From Stylophora pistillata (taxonomy: Eukaryota), in NCBI RefSeq assembly GCF_002571385.2, contig NW_019217823.1:306035-370034 (forward strand): a stretch of 64,000 nucleotides of DNA, in the 5' to 3' direction. Both the position numbers and the translations under genes were made by a program. The notes under the pieces were generated by a model. It worked only from the letters and a program-made list of their open reading frames with translations, did no database searches and had not been told where the DNA came from. Position 1 is the stretch's first letter. Each line of letters opens with the position of its first letter. Of the stretch, positions 10,901-22,948 are shown in pieces.

Positions 10901-13900
10901 GGTAACTACTGAGCCAAGTCGTGAAACCTCGCGTTGTTTTGTCAGTCACGGTGTATTGAAACGACAAGAAGTGGCGGTAAAGGTCCTAGCCGTTTCTAAG
11001 GGGGATCTCGCACCGAAAGAGTCATCAACGCAGTCGGAGGCGATGAAGCGACTACGTAAAGAAGCATACAACCTGTGGCAACTAGGCAACTTAGAGCTGA
11101 ACCATCCAAACATCCCTTATCTTCTCGCTTACAATACTGTAAACCTTCCTCATCACATAATTACTCCATATGAAAAGTACGGCAATCTTGTCCACTTTGT
11201 GAGGAGCTCACGTGAATGCAGGCCTTTGTCTTCAGGTACTCTTTACAAAATAATAATTGGAGTCATAGAAGCCCTTCAATTCCTGCATCAAAAGCTAAAT
11301 TTGGTTCATCGAGCTGTTACGGCAGAAAACGTTCTGGTTGGCGATGGTTACGTTCCCAAACTTGGTGGAATGCATTCCCTAGGGGAGCTACAACGCGGAG
11401 TAAACAAGGACGGTAAGATTGGTCAACTCTCAGAGCTGCTCATGATCTTTTTTATTCTATAGTTTCATTCAACTCAGACTAAATCTGTAAAGATAACTTA
11501 AGGCAAGTTGATCCCTTATTTGCAAAGACGTTGATTTCACAATTGGGAATGAAACATTTCAGTGGGGGGAATGACGCGCGACTTTCTACTCTGCTCTCAC
11601 GTACTTAGGTAACAGTTCACCTGACTACGATTATGCCGAGAACTACGATGGCTTAAAAGATTTCATCGGCGAGGAAGATGAAACATTATCGGTGAGATAC
11701 AAAGCTCCAGAGACTCTTTCAAGTAATCGCTATTCCATTGCGTCTGATGTGTGGGCTTTAGCAGTGTTTTTGTACGAGACGCTCACCTTAGGTTGTCGTC
11801 CATACAGAGGCTTACAAAAGGATGAAGATGTTCGCCGTTATGTACGTATAAACTATTGTATTCTTAATTCGAACCCTAACGGAATAATCTCCAAACTATT
11901 GTTGCTAATAGTAATACAAATTCAGAAGGTTTGTTTCATCTATTTCGGTCAGGAAGAAGTCTCAACGGCACCCTGCGAAACAATTTCCCGATTTTAACAG
12001 ACGTGCTGTCTTTTCTACAAACACCTAATGTACTCAAAGGCACTGTCGTTACGCTTAAAAAAAATATTGATACAGGCATCTGTCATAGCAAGGCAGCGTA
12101 CATAACAATACACATTTTAAGCTTACCGATTTCATCGTCATGACTTTTGCAGTGGTTTTATAACGTGTAAAAGAACAAAGGTTGAAGGACTTTAGCCCGA
12201 TTGTAGCCATTTTAAAATATCATCTTAAAAGGAATCTGTGCTTCTACTTTTGCAGCATTGATGAATTAGATCTTCTATTTCTAGGTGATAAAGAGTGCAA
12301 TCTTCTATTTTCATTGTTTGAATCGAAACGTTACACAATTCAGCTGTTAAGACAAAGCGTTCTCATGTAATCCTAAGGTTTTGCAAACGACCGACGATGG
12401 AATATTAGAGATATTACCCAAAGAAAGTTGCATTAAGGATGATGAATACAGCCTAATGAAGCAGAGCTGGGAAAAAGAAAGGAGTAAAAGAATCGACCTG
12501 TCTAAGCTCAGAGAAAAATTCATAGATATGCGAAAAAAGATAGCATGCTCAGGTTGGTGATGTTTTCTTCACTTTAACGGTATCACGATGAAAGCTCTAT
12601 GCTATAAATTATCACATGAAAACTCAAGGAAAACATTTCCTAGTTTTGGTGACTATGCCGAAGCGTCGAACTTCCAACTTTCACATCATGAGCGGAAAAC
12701 TAACCTCATGCATTCCACGAGCTTGATCGCGAACTTCGGTCGGTGAAGTTCATGAGCAACGGACAAAAAGCTAGGAGCGATTCGTCTTTCTATGTGGAAG
12801 ATGGGGAGAGCGTAAGTTTTCAGATGAAAAACGCGCCGTTTATTGTGTAGCTAACCCGCAAGAGAAAGAGAAGGAAGGGCTGGGTGCGTAGCCAGTGTAA
12901 GTCAAATTTCAACAAGATTCAAATCAAATAATTTTTTAATTTTTTTTAACTTTTTGTGCTCGCTTTTTACTTTTATAAATATATATATATATCTATATAA
13001 CTGCATATATATATATATATATAGAATGTGTGGTAGTCGGAAAAAAACAACTACAGATACATCCCTACAGACCTGTTGCGGTGTTTTGCGTGTCGGAATG
13101 ATGAGGTGTGGTTGTTGTAGCGCTACTTAAAGTCGTTTGCAGTGAGCCCGATGTATGTGTCTGTCGTGCTGTTGTCTTTACGTGTAATGGTAGCTTGGTA
13201 TATGACAGATTTTTGGAGGCAGTTTCCGTCTAGAGGGCAAGAGTTTTTCTGTCGGCAGTTGCATTTCTTGTTGTTGTTTGCGGTAGAGGTGTCGGTTGTG
13301 GCGGTGGCGTTAGTCTTTACGTGGGAGGTGAGGATTCTTTTGTTGTGGTTGTCGATGATTTGTTTTGTATTGTCCATGCAGCTGTAACTAATTTTGATTG
13401 TGTTTCTGTTGAAAATTCTGCGGAGCTTATGATCTTTGGGGAAGTGTTTGTCAATCAGCGCGAGGAATTTATGTCCGATGTTAGTGCTGGTGTTCTTGGT
13501 GAAAGGCGGGTTGTACCAGAGGATGTTGTTGCGTTGGCGGTTCTTGCGACTTTGTGTGTGCGTTGGTTCGTAGTGGAGTGTGTAGCTGTAACCACTGGTG
13601 TTTAATGCTTTCTGGTAGGCNNNNNNNNNNNNNNNNNNNNNNNNNNNNNNNNNNNNNNNNNNNNNNNNNNNNNNNNNNNNNNNNNNNNNNNNNNNNNNNN
13701 NNNNNNNNNNNNNNNNNNNNNNNNNNNNNNNNNNNNNNNNNNNNNNNNNNNNNNNNNNNNNNNNNNNNNNNNNNNNNNNNNNNNNNNNNNNNNNNNNNNN
13801 NNNNNNNNNNNNNNNNNNNNNNNNNNNNNNNNNNNNNNNNNNNNNNNNNNNNNNNNNNNNNNNNNNNNNNNNNNNNNNNNNNNNNNNNNNNNNNNNNNNN

Positions 13901-16900
13901 NNNNNNNNNNNNNNNNNNNNNNNNNNNNNNNNNNNNNNNNNNNNNNNNNNNNNNNNNNNNNNNNNNNNNNNNNNNNNNNNNNNNNNNNNNNNNNNNNNNN
14001 NNNNNNNNNNNNNNNNNNNNNNNNNNNNNNNNNNNNNNNNNNNNNNNNNNNNNNNNNNNNNNNNNNNNNNNNNNNNNNNNNNNNNNNNNNNNNNNNNNNN
14101 NNNNNNNNNNNNNNNNNNNNNNNNNNNNNNNNNNNNNNNNNNNNNNNNNNNNNNNNNNNNNNNNNNNNNNNNNNNNNNNNNNNNNNNNNNNNNNNNNNNN
14201 NNNNNNNNNNNNNNNNNNNNNNNNNNNNNNNNNNNNNNNNNNNNNNNNNNNNNNNNNNNNNNNNNNNNNNNNNNNNNNNNNNNNNNNNNNNNNNNNNNNN
14301 NNNNNNNNNNNNNNNNNNNNNNNNNNNNNNNNNNNNNNNNNNNNNNNNNNNNNNNNNNNNNNNNNNNNNNNNNNNNNNNNNNNNNNNNNNNNNNNNNNNN
14401 NNNNNNNNNNNNNNNNNNNNNNNNNNNNNNNNNNNNNNNNGCCTACCAGAAAGCATTAAACACCAGTGGTTACAGCTACACACTCCACTACGAACCAACG
14501 CACACACAAAGTCGCAAGAACCGCCAACGCAACAACATCCTCTGGTACAACCCGCCTTTCACCAAGAACACCAGCACTAACATCGGACATAAATTCCTCG
14601 CGCTGATTGACAAACACTTCCCCAAAGATCATAAGCTCCGCAGAATTTTCAACAGAAACACAATCAAAATTAGTTACAGCTGCATGGACAATACAAAACA
14701 AATCATCGACAACCACAACAAAAGAATCCTCACCTCCCACGTAAAGACTAACGCCACCGCCACAACCGACACCTCTACCGCAAACAACAACAAGAAATGC
14801 AACTGCCGACAGAAAAACTCATGCCCTCTAGACGGAAACTGCCTCCAACAATCTGTCATATACCAAGCTACCATTACACGTAAAGACAACAGCACGACAG
14901 ACACATACATCGGGCTCACTGCAAACGACTTTAAGTCGCGCTACAACAACCACACCTCATCATTCCGACACGCAAAACACCGCAACTCCACCGAACTCAG
15001 CAAACACATCTGGACACTTAAAGACAACAACATCAATTATTCCATCACCTGGCGCATCCTATCTTCCCACCTGCCCTACAACAGCTCAAGCAAACGATGC
15101 AACCTATGCCTTAAAGAGAAATTCCTAATCATCTGCCACCCAGACCTATCAACACTCAACAAGCGTAACGAACTCGTCTCTTCCTGCCGACACAGAAACA
15201 AAGCACTCCTACGCAACAGCTGACTTGACACTTTTCACACTGCATAAACCATGTTAATTAGCAATTAGTGTAATATATAAGCGATGGTATCGCATTATTC
15301 TGCCATCAAAATCCCCTGATGAGTGGACAACCACGAAACAGGTCTGTAGGGATGTATCTGTAGTTGTTTTTTTCCGACTACCACACATTATACCCGCTCT
15401 ACTATTTGTATTGAGCACTGTTTCACGAACACCAAGCTTAATCCCTATATATAAATATATAGGTGCAACACTGCATCTCTGGATATCTTGTTTACTGATG
15501 CAGATTGCAAAATGAAAGCAACAAGCCAACGCAGCAAATTATAGTGATTACATCCCTCAACTGTTTATCCCCTTTTATTTCGTTTTTACAAGGTGAAGAG
15601 GAAACGCGGCTTGACCCACCAAGTTTAGAGATGAGCATTGAAAGTGTACGTTAAATGTTAACGGATATGTCAACTTTGTCTTTACAGAAACAAATTCCAC
15701 GTTGGATATTAACTCATTCTCTAGATACCGTCTGCTTTGATAATCATTATTATAACATAACTAAAGTAAAGCGCGCGCTCTGATTGGTCAACGCTGTGAT
15801 GTTTACCATTTGTTAACCCTACAAGCCTTGAAGCTCGAAGAGAACAGTGGGTCTTTGTTTATAAAAAGCAAATTGAAGCTTTATTTCTCGCAGAGATTTT
15901 CCATACATCGCTTTCTTTGTTCCACTTCATAGCTCAAAGTATTTAGCGTCTTTCTTGTCGTATTTTAGTACTCGCATTTTGAAGTACTGGGCTTCAATTT
16001 CTCCTGTGGACTCAGATGTTTTTATTCTAAGTCCATGTAAAGAGAACATTATAGTTATCGCATGCCTGAGCTAAATTTCTTCCTCTATACGTTCAAATTG
16101 AACAGGAACCTCAGCAATCACAAGGATCAATTGAGTCTGAGATTTATACAACCATTTCAGGTAGATATTGGTTTTACTGTTACGTAAACGGTAAGCAAAC
16201 TCACCCCCAAACGTTTTTACCAAGCTAAAATTTCGAGACCTTATTACTGAAAAACGAATCGACCAGCCCACCTCACCGCACTTATCCCATTTGCTGTGAT
16301 TATCCTAAGATCAACATTTCATTCGCAAAATGTTCGTGTATTATATTCGTGTAGAATATTCGTTTTTATTGGCCTTTAAGTTTTTGGTCCAAGTGTTCCA
16401 TCGCAAATGTTATTAAATCCCATTAATTGAGTTTGGCCCAACAATAAGCGAGCTGGACGATGTTCTTTTCTAAGGTAAGACATTTTAATTACACAATGCC
16501 TTTCTCCCCTCATGAGTGTAAATGGTTTCTGGAGAACTGTCAGGGAAGCCGGACAAATAGCTAGGGGGTAGGGGGGTAAATGTGATAACCTAACATCCCA
16601 TCCAGGAGGAGCAGGAATGCCTCTTGTCATTCTACAAAAACAAAGATAGGCCACTCTACACAAGTATAGACTTTACCTCTTACGTTGTCAACTCAGGCAA
16701 AGAACTGGTCATTACTTTCTTGTTTTGTTCAGAATACGGCGACGTTGAATCAACTTCAGGAACCATCTACTGTGAAGAAGACACATACCAGGTAATTACA
16801 TTTGTCAAACTCACAATAATATCTACATCATTTATCATTGTTTCCAGAAATGAAATATTAAATGACAAAACAATTTGACTGTTTTAATACCATGGATCTC

Positions 16901-19900
16901 ACTTAAATTATACATTTTTTATTTTATTATCATCATTATTGTTATTATTATTTTTGATATTATGATAATCTTCCTTATCATTATTATCAGTCATTATTAT
17001 TATTATTATTATTATTAATATTATTATATGCACTTTGTGCACTTTGAATTTAATGTTATTCATTTATTGTTTAGCCTGTATGTGTAGGGTATGGTGCTCC
17101 TGAAACGCTTGTGGATCTACCGACAAATTATCAACAGGTTTGCCCAAACTGCTTCAAACTTTTAGCCAGCCCACTTATATTCTACGCCATTACTCGAAAA
17201 AAATTGTACAACTAAACATACCACTACCATTTGATAGTGGTAGTTGTAAAGGTGATATTAGTAGTGGTATATGGATAATGATCATATTAAACGCAATGAT
17301 TATTATGTTAAAGTATGATAGAGATAATCGTAACAAGTGCAACATAATCAATGAGGCATTTTAGAACTCACTCAAGTTAAACTCGTTATGTTTAAGCTTT
17401 TTCATATTCACCAATGTAACTGTTTTTTGAATAAAGTTCAGTCGGATTGATCATTTTTACTGCTGGTACTGAACTGCTGACACCTTCTTTCATGCAGGAT
17501 GCCATGAAAGAGAAAATTCCTGTAGGAGATAAACAACACTTGAGGAGACTTCTTTGTCTCAGCAATAGTTTTCTTCTTCCCATCAGTCGGATAGACCATT
17601 TAGATTCCCGCAGTCCAGTCGTTGACATTGTAAGTAATACGTCATCATTGGATGCATGAGTCAGCCGCAGCTTTATGAGAATATAAACCAGCTTTGCTCA
17701 TCGACGATGTTACCAGGATTTAGTAATAGTAATCGTAATGTAGTTTATTTCTGACCACTTGCAGCCACGAGGCTGAATTACTGGTACAGTAAGGTTGAGA
17801 ACAGACATCAGTATCTCAGGCGTCTTTGGCAGCCGCTTCAGTCCATGATCCCACCTTCCCACCCATCCCATCCCAGGGGAGGACATTCATCACACAGTAA
17901 TCTCGTGTGTGGGAAATTAACGTCTCCTACCCCAGTCCTGTAAGAGACGGGACCTCCATTTATTCGTCCCTATCCGGGAACACAAGAATATCTAACCATT
18001 TCTTGATGTTATATAAAGGTAGCAAATTCTTCTCAGTTATTTTAAGACCTTGAGTGTTGGTCCTGCCGGGCTCGAACCCTCGACCTTCCGCATAACAGTC
18101 CAGCGCACTATCCTTTGGGCCATCTGGGCGTCGTATTCATTGGTCAATAAAGTCTTTAAAGGCACTACACAAGACCTCTTAAAAGAAGCCTATTCAAATT
18201 TCCCCTGTTTCAAATTAATTATGTTTGAAAGAGCAAACATGAGAGCGAAAAGCGAAAGAGATTATTCGACCCTTTTTCGTTTACTAATTCTTTCCTCGTC
18301 AGATCTCACCACGATCACCCCTTGGGAATTTGAAGGAATTTATCCTTAGCAGAAGATGTCCGTTGGAAAACATCGTCACTTTCCTCTGCCAGGTTGCCAC
18401 AGCTCTACATTATCTTCACGTAAATCATATCGTGCACGGAGATCTTCGGCCTGAACACGTTTATGTGGTGGCTCCAGACCAGGTAAGTATTTTATAGTGA
18501 ACACTGTAAAATTTGCTCTCCAGGATAGAGTCGATCGCCGTTCGAGTGTAGGTGAGCTTAGACGTATCACATTCAAGTTGATGAAATAACCACCTTATGC
18601 GGGAGATGCACCATAATTAAATTGGAAAAAAATATGAGATATATTTAGTATATTATGATTTTCTTCAGGTCCAGCTTGGTCGCCTCGGTCGCTCCAAATC
18701 TCTAACAATGAGTGCCTATGAAGCCACCAGCACTTCATGTGTCGTAGAGGCTGTCATGCCTCCTGATTCCACTCGTTGGTGAGCGTAAACTCGAAACATG
18801 ATAATCTGTTCTCAAGGAAATATTAGTTTTCTACTGGGCGTCAACACCCTATTATAAGGCTATAATTGTGGAATTTGCATCCGCAACAGGTTCAGGTTCG
18901 ATTACACAAAAATGTTTGAAGAGTTTTAGACCTGAATGACATAAAGTTGCGACAAAATGAAATATCTAGCCTTAAAGGAAATCCTCGTAAGGAAGTTAAA
19001 ATATTTAAATTTACTTATTTTTATCCTTCATTCATTTTTTTATCCTTCATTCATTTTTTTGTAGCAATAAAAACAAAGTAGGTGTGTGCAGGTAAAATTA
19101 AATCGACTCCTAAGAAAGAAGTGGGAAAGCTCAACAGAAAGAGTTTAAGACACGATTGGTTTTCTTCCATGTTAGGAGCGCACCAGAGGTGATCCAAGAT
19201 AGCCTCTTTTCTCACGCTAGTGATGTGTGGGCGTTTGGAATCTTAGCATGGGAATTGTACACTGCATTTGCAGCTGGACAACAGAATAGAATCGCTGCAT
19301 TGCCCTACGGCAATATTCCAGCAGATAAGGTACGTTCATGCCTATAAGACACTCAAACCGAAAATAGGATCTGCCGAAATTAATTTAAATCTAACTAGAG
19401 TTTCAATAAAAGCCAGTAATTCAAAGGAGGATGAAATAGAATCAGACTTTGTTGTATCTGGATGGAGACTTAGCAAGATTTTTGATTCTTCAGATTCTAG
19501 ATCATATGAAAGAAAATGGACCTCTTGATCAACCTAGCGGCTGTCCTTATTGGGTTTACATTCTAATGCATCAGTGCTGGACATATGAACCAGTGGAGAG
19601 ACCTCCTTTTATTGCAATCATTGATTGTCTCTCAAGAAGGTATGATGCACTTTATAAGCGGATCAGAAGAGAGCGATTCTCACACTTGACTGCCTTAAAA
19701 CTGACTACTTACCTTTCACTGACTCTAAGAGTCATCCTCTCAATTTTTTCCATCTGCTTCTTTTCAATTTCTTTTACCAGCCAATGATGCTAGTTGTGGT
19801 GAGGTATGATTTTTTTTTTCACCTGGATTTCAAAATTCTACTAACACATCTTGCACTTTTTTAAGGGAACCGATGTTGTCATGGGTGATGCAATTGTGGC

Positions 19901-21126
19901 TGAACACACATGAGAAGAGTGAATGGCCGGTTTTGTCAGTATCCCAGCCTGAGGATGCTATTCACGTGACAAACGCCGAGGAACACCCATCCAGAGAAGA
20001 TATTGAGAAAATGTGCTCTCAAGGCTTTTTTAACCCTCACAAATACCTTTATGTTGATAGCGTTCGCCAAAACGAGACGGACACCGCTGAAGTATACGAC
20101 TACGCCTACACAGATTCTCAGTTGCCACCACCGCCTGGTTCCCCTGCATTCCACCAGTCAACCCCAAGTAATTTATCTGATGGAGGGTTAAACGTTGCTG
20201 GCCAGTATAAAACGAACCAACCGCATAGTGCGACAGAAATGGTGTTCGAAGAACCTTCACATTGGATAATTACAAATGACGAAGGTAAGACTGATTCAGC
20301 TAAGAGCAACGATTCCTTCACTTCGCACCTTGAAAAATCCCACTCAGTTGCCAATGAGGACCAATGTCTCCAAAATCACAAAGATAGCGTAGCTGGCGTT
20401 TACTCGCTCTATGGTGATTCTAATTATAAGATATTTGTGGACGAACATTCTTCTGATCAAGCGACAGGTGGGGCTAGGGGCCACTCAACTTGTGATGAAA
20501 GTGCCAAGGATTACTCTGAAGAGGAGCAGATTTTGCATGCAGGCTACAAAGACTTTGCCTTAACCAGAGAGTATTGCATACCAATGAGAAATAACCAAGA
20601 GAAGCCAGAAACACCAGGTTACATCAACGTGCCAGCCAAGACCATTGCAAAAACACCAGGTTACATCAACGTGCCAGCCAAGACCGTTGCACAGCATTCC
20701 CAGTCAGCACACAGCAACGAAGGCACTGTCGTAGATTCCTATACGTGCGTGGACCTTCTTGGTCCAGTTTTTTGGCAAAGATCGACAGATATTGTTACCA
20801 CAGAATCCTTTAGTTGCAACGAACATGACCTGGAGCACCAGCCAAGCTTAGAGTTACATGAAGATATTGCCATTCAACTTCTATTGAAGGATGCAGACAT
20901 CCTTTACCTCAGAGAGGTGCAAAGAAGAAAATATGAAGAAAAACTACAGGAGAGTTGGTATCAAGACCAGAGTTCACCACTTCAGCAAGTACTCTTTCAA
21001 GAACATCTAGATGTGCATGCAAACGTTTCGACAAATTTGGATGTGGGCTTACGAAGTTCTATGTATGCAGCTATGAAATCCATCGGGTCAAGGTTGGTGG
21101 GCTGCGACACAGAAACTACCTTATAA
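7989..21126 (+). CDS. Gene A: multi-exon helical-domain + tandem pseudo-tyrosine-kinase + Tyr-rich tail protein (>=~1480 aa; start exon unresolved)
   Basis: Hand-spliced GT-AG exons: 7989-8033, 8845-9009, 9138-9895, 10150-10315, 10648-11412, 11609-11841, 12378-12552, 15593-15645, 16106-16160, 16733-16791, 17498-17629, 18303-18482, 18669-18778, 19176-19329, 19494-19639, 19866-21126. They join in one open frame. Domain 1 motifs: VAVK, HRAVTAENVLV, KLGGMH, RYKAPE, SDVWALAV. Domain 2 motifs: HGDLRPEHV, GRLGRS, RWSAPE, SDVWAFGI, CW...RPPF. Exon sizes and phases match genes B and C. The first exon (7989-8033) and micro-exon 16106-16160 are less certain. Confidence 0.88.
8113..8399. mobile_element. 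MITE with short TIRs
   Basis: tagcctgcagagcagg ... cctgcactgcaggcta inverted termini. Confidence 0.65.
13025..13620 (-). mobile_element. Inverted, internally deleted copy of the same Penelope-like 3' region (inverted pLTR-like arm)
   Basis: Reverse complement of 14441-~14987 joined through 'aac' to ~15337-15388, with a few substitutions, one of which creates a stop. Confidence 0.85.
14441..15389 (+). mobile_element. Penelope-like retroelement 3' part (RT thumb/linker + GIY-YIG endonuclease + 3' UTR), Naiad-like
   Basis: Open frame 14441-15223: WYNPPF..NIG..FL.LIDKHFP..IFNRNTIKISYSC, CNC..CPLDGNC, VIY...TYIG, RYNNH, CNLCLKEK, LNKRNEL. A hammerhead lies in the 3' UTR. The strand is strongly C/A-rich. 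It sits in intron 7 of gene A next to (TA)n. Confidence 0.9.
15311..15353 (+). ncRNA. Minimal type I hammerhead ribozyme
   Basis: ATCCC-CTGATGA-GTGG acaa CCAC-GAAA-CAG gt CTG-TA-GGGAT. The CUGAUGA/GAAA core is intact, with stem I ATCCC/GGGAT, stem II GTGG/CCAC, short stem III and a GUA cleavage triplet. Confidence 0.88.
16918..17028. repeat. Degenerate (TAT)n microsatellite
   Basis: Runs of attattatt in a gene A intron. Confidence 0.8.
17930..18132 (-). mobile_element. tRNA-derived SINE in a gene A intron
   Basis: Minus strand reads gatggcccaaaggatagtgcgctggactg...gggttcgagcccggcaggacc (A and B boxes), then a SINE body. Confidence 0.7.
20609..20690 (+). repeat. 42-nt coding tandem repeat (TPGYINVPAKT x2) in the gene A tail
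   Basis: aaacaccaggttacatcaacgtgccagccaagacc occurs twice, in frame. Confidence 0.9.
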
Positions 21127-21404
21127 CTTTTTATCTATCGAAATAATTTCAGCAAGAATTTTTAATCAAGTTTAGTTAGAAGTAACGTTGTTCAGATTGG
21201 TGATTATAGTAAGGTGTGACCCGATTCTTTACCAATTACAGCAAAGACATTTTCTATGAAATAGTCATATAAAAGCTATATATTCACAAAGCAATGAAGA
21301 GAATAATTACAAGACTTCTAAGGTAGAGGATTGGACATCCGAGTTGTCTAGCCAGCCCCTACCTGCTTGAACGCCGTTTGACGTTCAAATAGCTGCTGGA
21401 CAAT

Positions 21405-21730
21405 AGAGACCTTAAGCACTAATGACGGCAACGGCGAAGAAAATGTCAATTAAAAAATGTCTCGATGTGTTTACTGTCTCTTGCGGCTCCATACGTCAAC
21501 TTCAGTATCATCTTGGTGAGCGGGGCTAGGTTCCAGATTTAAACTTAAATAATTTGCCGTCGGTGTTTCCATTCCCGGACAACGTAAATTTTGGTGATTT
21601 CACGTTGTTGTTTGGCAGGAGACGGCTAAGAAATATACAACGTTTTAAAATAAACGTGCTGAGCTATTATAGATCTTTTGTTTTGCTACGTCTCCGTTGC
21701 CGTTGCGTCATGGTTTGCTTTAGGTCCGTA
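21405..21730. mobile_element. MITE-like element downstream of gene A
   Basis: Imperfect inverted termini: tagagaccttaagca..tgacggcaacggc / gccgttgcgtca..tgctttaggtccgta. Confidence 0.55.
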
Positions 21731-22948
21731 ATACCTCTTTTAGAGCTGTTTCAAAATAACAGTGATAATGATAATATTTACAGTAATCACGTTGAATATG
21801 GATCATATTTGCAAACAAAATTTGAATTCGCTCTACTTTGGAGTAGAGCCAAATTTAGGGACCAGTCATATTCATCACCTGTACAGTAGAGGGGGGACGA
21901 TGCCATGGTTTTTAGGGGCAATGGAGTTGGTGCCAGTCGTCGCAAACAGAGCACAAAGGGGGGGGGGCGCTATAGAAAAGTGAGTCCTAATTGGCTGCCA
22001 TATCATATCAGAAGAATGTCGCACAGAGCCTGGGGGGAGGGGAATCGGGTAATTTTTATCCTGACAAAACCAAACTCCTCCCTCTCCCCCACTAGGCGAA
22101 GAATGATGACCGGAGTGTCAATCGCTATTAAAAGTCACATGCAAGAGCTAGATATCTGTCTATTTTCAAGTCNNNNNAANNGNANNCGNAANNNGNANTT
22201 NNNNNNNANNTNANNNNNNNNNAAGNNNTNAGNAGNNNGNNNGNNNGTNNNNNNTANNNNNNANNNNNNNNCGNNNTTNNNNCTNANGNCNNNTANNNNC
22301 NNGNCTNNNNNNNNNGNNNNNNNNTGNNANTTNANNNTTNNNNNNNNTNTNNNNNNNNNACANANNNNNANTNTTNACTNTNAACAGTCGTCTAGTGTTT
22401 GATGTCTAAGCTCATTCAAGGGTTAAGATATTAAAATCAAATTAGCCCGGCATGTTTTCTCCAAATCTTTTTTATTGCACGCTAATAACTGGACCCAACG
22501 GCATAAGTATTTTACAAAACCGATCCTGCAATGAAACGCAGTGAGATCCAGGCATCGCGCACGACCTACAATAATTATGAATAACTCAACGTCTTGACGT
22601 AGTTAAAACTTAATGGTCTGAATTGACAAGTAGTCTCAGAGAATGTCGCTGATCGAAAATTTAGCGACATAATCGTTGGTCAGCCACCGTTAAAAAATGT
22701 CCCTCAAAATGTTTTGTTCCCATAGGGGGATAAATTTTTTCTGACATTTTTGCGCAGAGAGAGAAAGAAAATCTATCCTTCGATAACCAGCGTTGATCAC
22801 ATAGTTTATTTATTAGTCACAGTTCTATTTTGAGGCATACGTCAGGGGTTTTACCTTGCAAAGTGTGCAAAAGTCTAATAACACTATGAAAGCAGTGGAG
22901 TTGATCCCGGACACCGTCGTCTAGATTTCAATGTTTTCTCCAAAGAAC

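Noticed and set aside
13554-14507. Long ORFs of ~300 aa here and at 25927-26838 and 29836-30379
   Set aside because: They are artefacts of translating through N gaps.
14441-15223. Selenocysteine recoding as described for some Naiad elements
   Set aside because: There is no in-frame TGA in the visible ORF, and the Cys positions use TGC.
7989-21126. JAK ortholog or receptor tyrosine kinase
   Set aside because: No recognisable FERM or SH2 domain, signal peptide or transmembrane helix, and the C-terminal kinase domain is also degenerate.
22173-22382. Patterned n-rich stretch
   Set aside because: Low-quality consensus; not interpretable.
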